From NCBI GenBank assembly GCA_002633005.1, contig NMRA01000029.1, positions 774,861 through 838,860 on the forward strand: a stretch of DNA of 64,000 nt. The letters are read 5' to 3'. Source of the DNA: Phoronis australis (taxonomy: Eukaryota; Animalia; Phoronida). A model generated the notes under the pieces. That model was not told the DNA's origin, made no database searches, and saw only the letters and a list, made by a program, of their open reading frames with translations. Within the stretch, counting starts at the first letter, position 1, and each line of letters begins with the position of its first letter. A program made the translations under genes and the position numbers. Below are positions 63,020-64,000 of this stretch, piece after piece.

Positions 63020-63575
63020 GTGAGTGTTTCACGTGATGATTGAAGCCTGGAAGTTTGTATTAAATACCAAGCAGGCATTTTCGGTCCGTATCAGATTCAT
63101 TAGGTACCGGTATTCATTTCATCATGAATTGAATGCTAGGTGATAGTATTCAATACTTACCAAGTGAAACGCCATTCCTTGATGCTGAATACAGTCATGC
63201 GGAAAACTGTCAACAATGTTATGGCTTACCAGGTAATGATGTTGAATTCAGCATGAACTGAATACCCAGTTGTGGCTACAGTAAATTTTACTGAAATCAG
63301 ATCGAACCAGGCCGACACTTTATATCATTGTAAGATGGATTGTGTCTTACCTGAACGGCTGAGTGTACAACCTAAAACAGCTGTGCCATTTGACTTGTTT
63401 TGAGTTTAAGCTGCAATTAACCCTTGTTAGCTGACGAAAAAACAAAAATGGAATTAGGCCTTTCACTCTCATAAAATCAATATCATGTTATTTCTTACCA
63501 TGATAAGATTCTATATCCGTTACCATCAAGAAATTGTAACCATCAGTGACTCAAGAAAACACTTAACATTCAATA

Positions 63576-64000
63576 CCGTATTCGCCGTAATAACCGCCCA
63601 TGCCCCTATAAGCGCCCCCCACGCGTTTTCAGACTTTGCTGAAATAAGCGCCCAGTCCATGAACGTGTACATGCGAACAATGACGTACCTACAGTCCTAA
63701 AACTCGGCTACAGTAACGTCTTCAATTTATCAAAAAATTTTTGCACGGGTCTTCTAGACCACCAGCGGCACTGCTACGTTTGTATTTCGCCGTGACAAAG
63801 TAACGCAGCGCTTCAAAAAGAACGCAACAGCGTTGCTACGCTCTCGCGACGACCGTGTCCCATGGTCTGACCTTTCAGTAGACACATCGACTGTCTCATG
63901 AACAAAAATAACTCGGTGTTAAACGCACGTGGCCAGGAAGCGCGCGCTACATAACCTGTCATCAAAGACATTAGTTGGGAACTATCCATTCATGAAGCGG
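63576..64000. mobile_element. Second, inverted copy of the 45418-46791 Tc1/mariner-type element; runs off the window
   Basis: TA|ccgtattcgccgtaataaccgcccatgcccctataagcgcc.. is the near-identical reverse complement of about 46385-46791, with a few indels. Confidence 0.88.

Overview
AT-rich, intron-containing invertebrate (probably lophotrochozoan) nuclear DNA, not prokaryotic. Six protein-coding genes were rebuilt exon by exon from GT-AG boundaries and frame continuity, in strictly alternating orientation: SUCLG2 (-, last exon off the left edge), DMTF1 (+, ~664 aa), TMEM243 (-, 127 aa, mostly missed by the ORF track), a ~893-aa Ariadne-type RBR E3 ligase with a ~480-aa unrecognised N-terminus (+), RIBC2/RIB43A (-, 379 aa) and SMC1 (+, first 4 exons). 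They form three head-to-head pairs. DMTF1-TMEM243 and RIBC-SMC1 are also neighbours in vertebrates. Introns carry many non-autonomous DNA transposons (hAT, Tc1/mariner-pogo, piggyBac, MITEs, a THAP-bearing remnant) and tandem repeats. At the single N, a 151-bp duplication appears to show both the empty and the piggyBac-filled allele. The best candidate for undescribed biology is the RBR ligase. No CRISPR array, rRNA or intact tRNA was seen. All coordinates were read by eye and family names come from remembered motifs, not searches.
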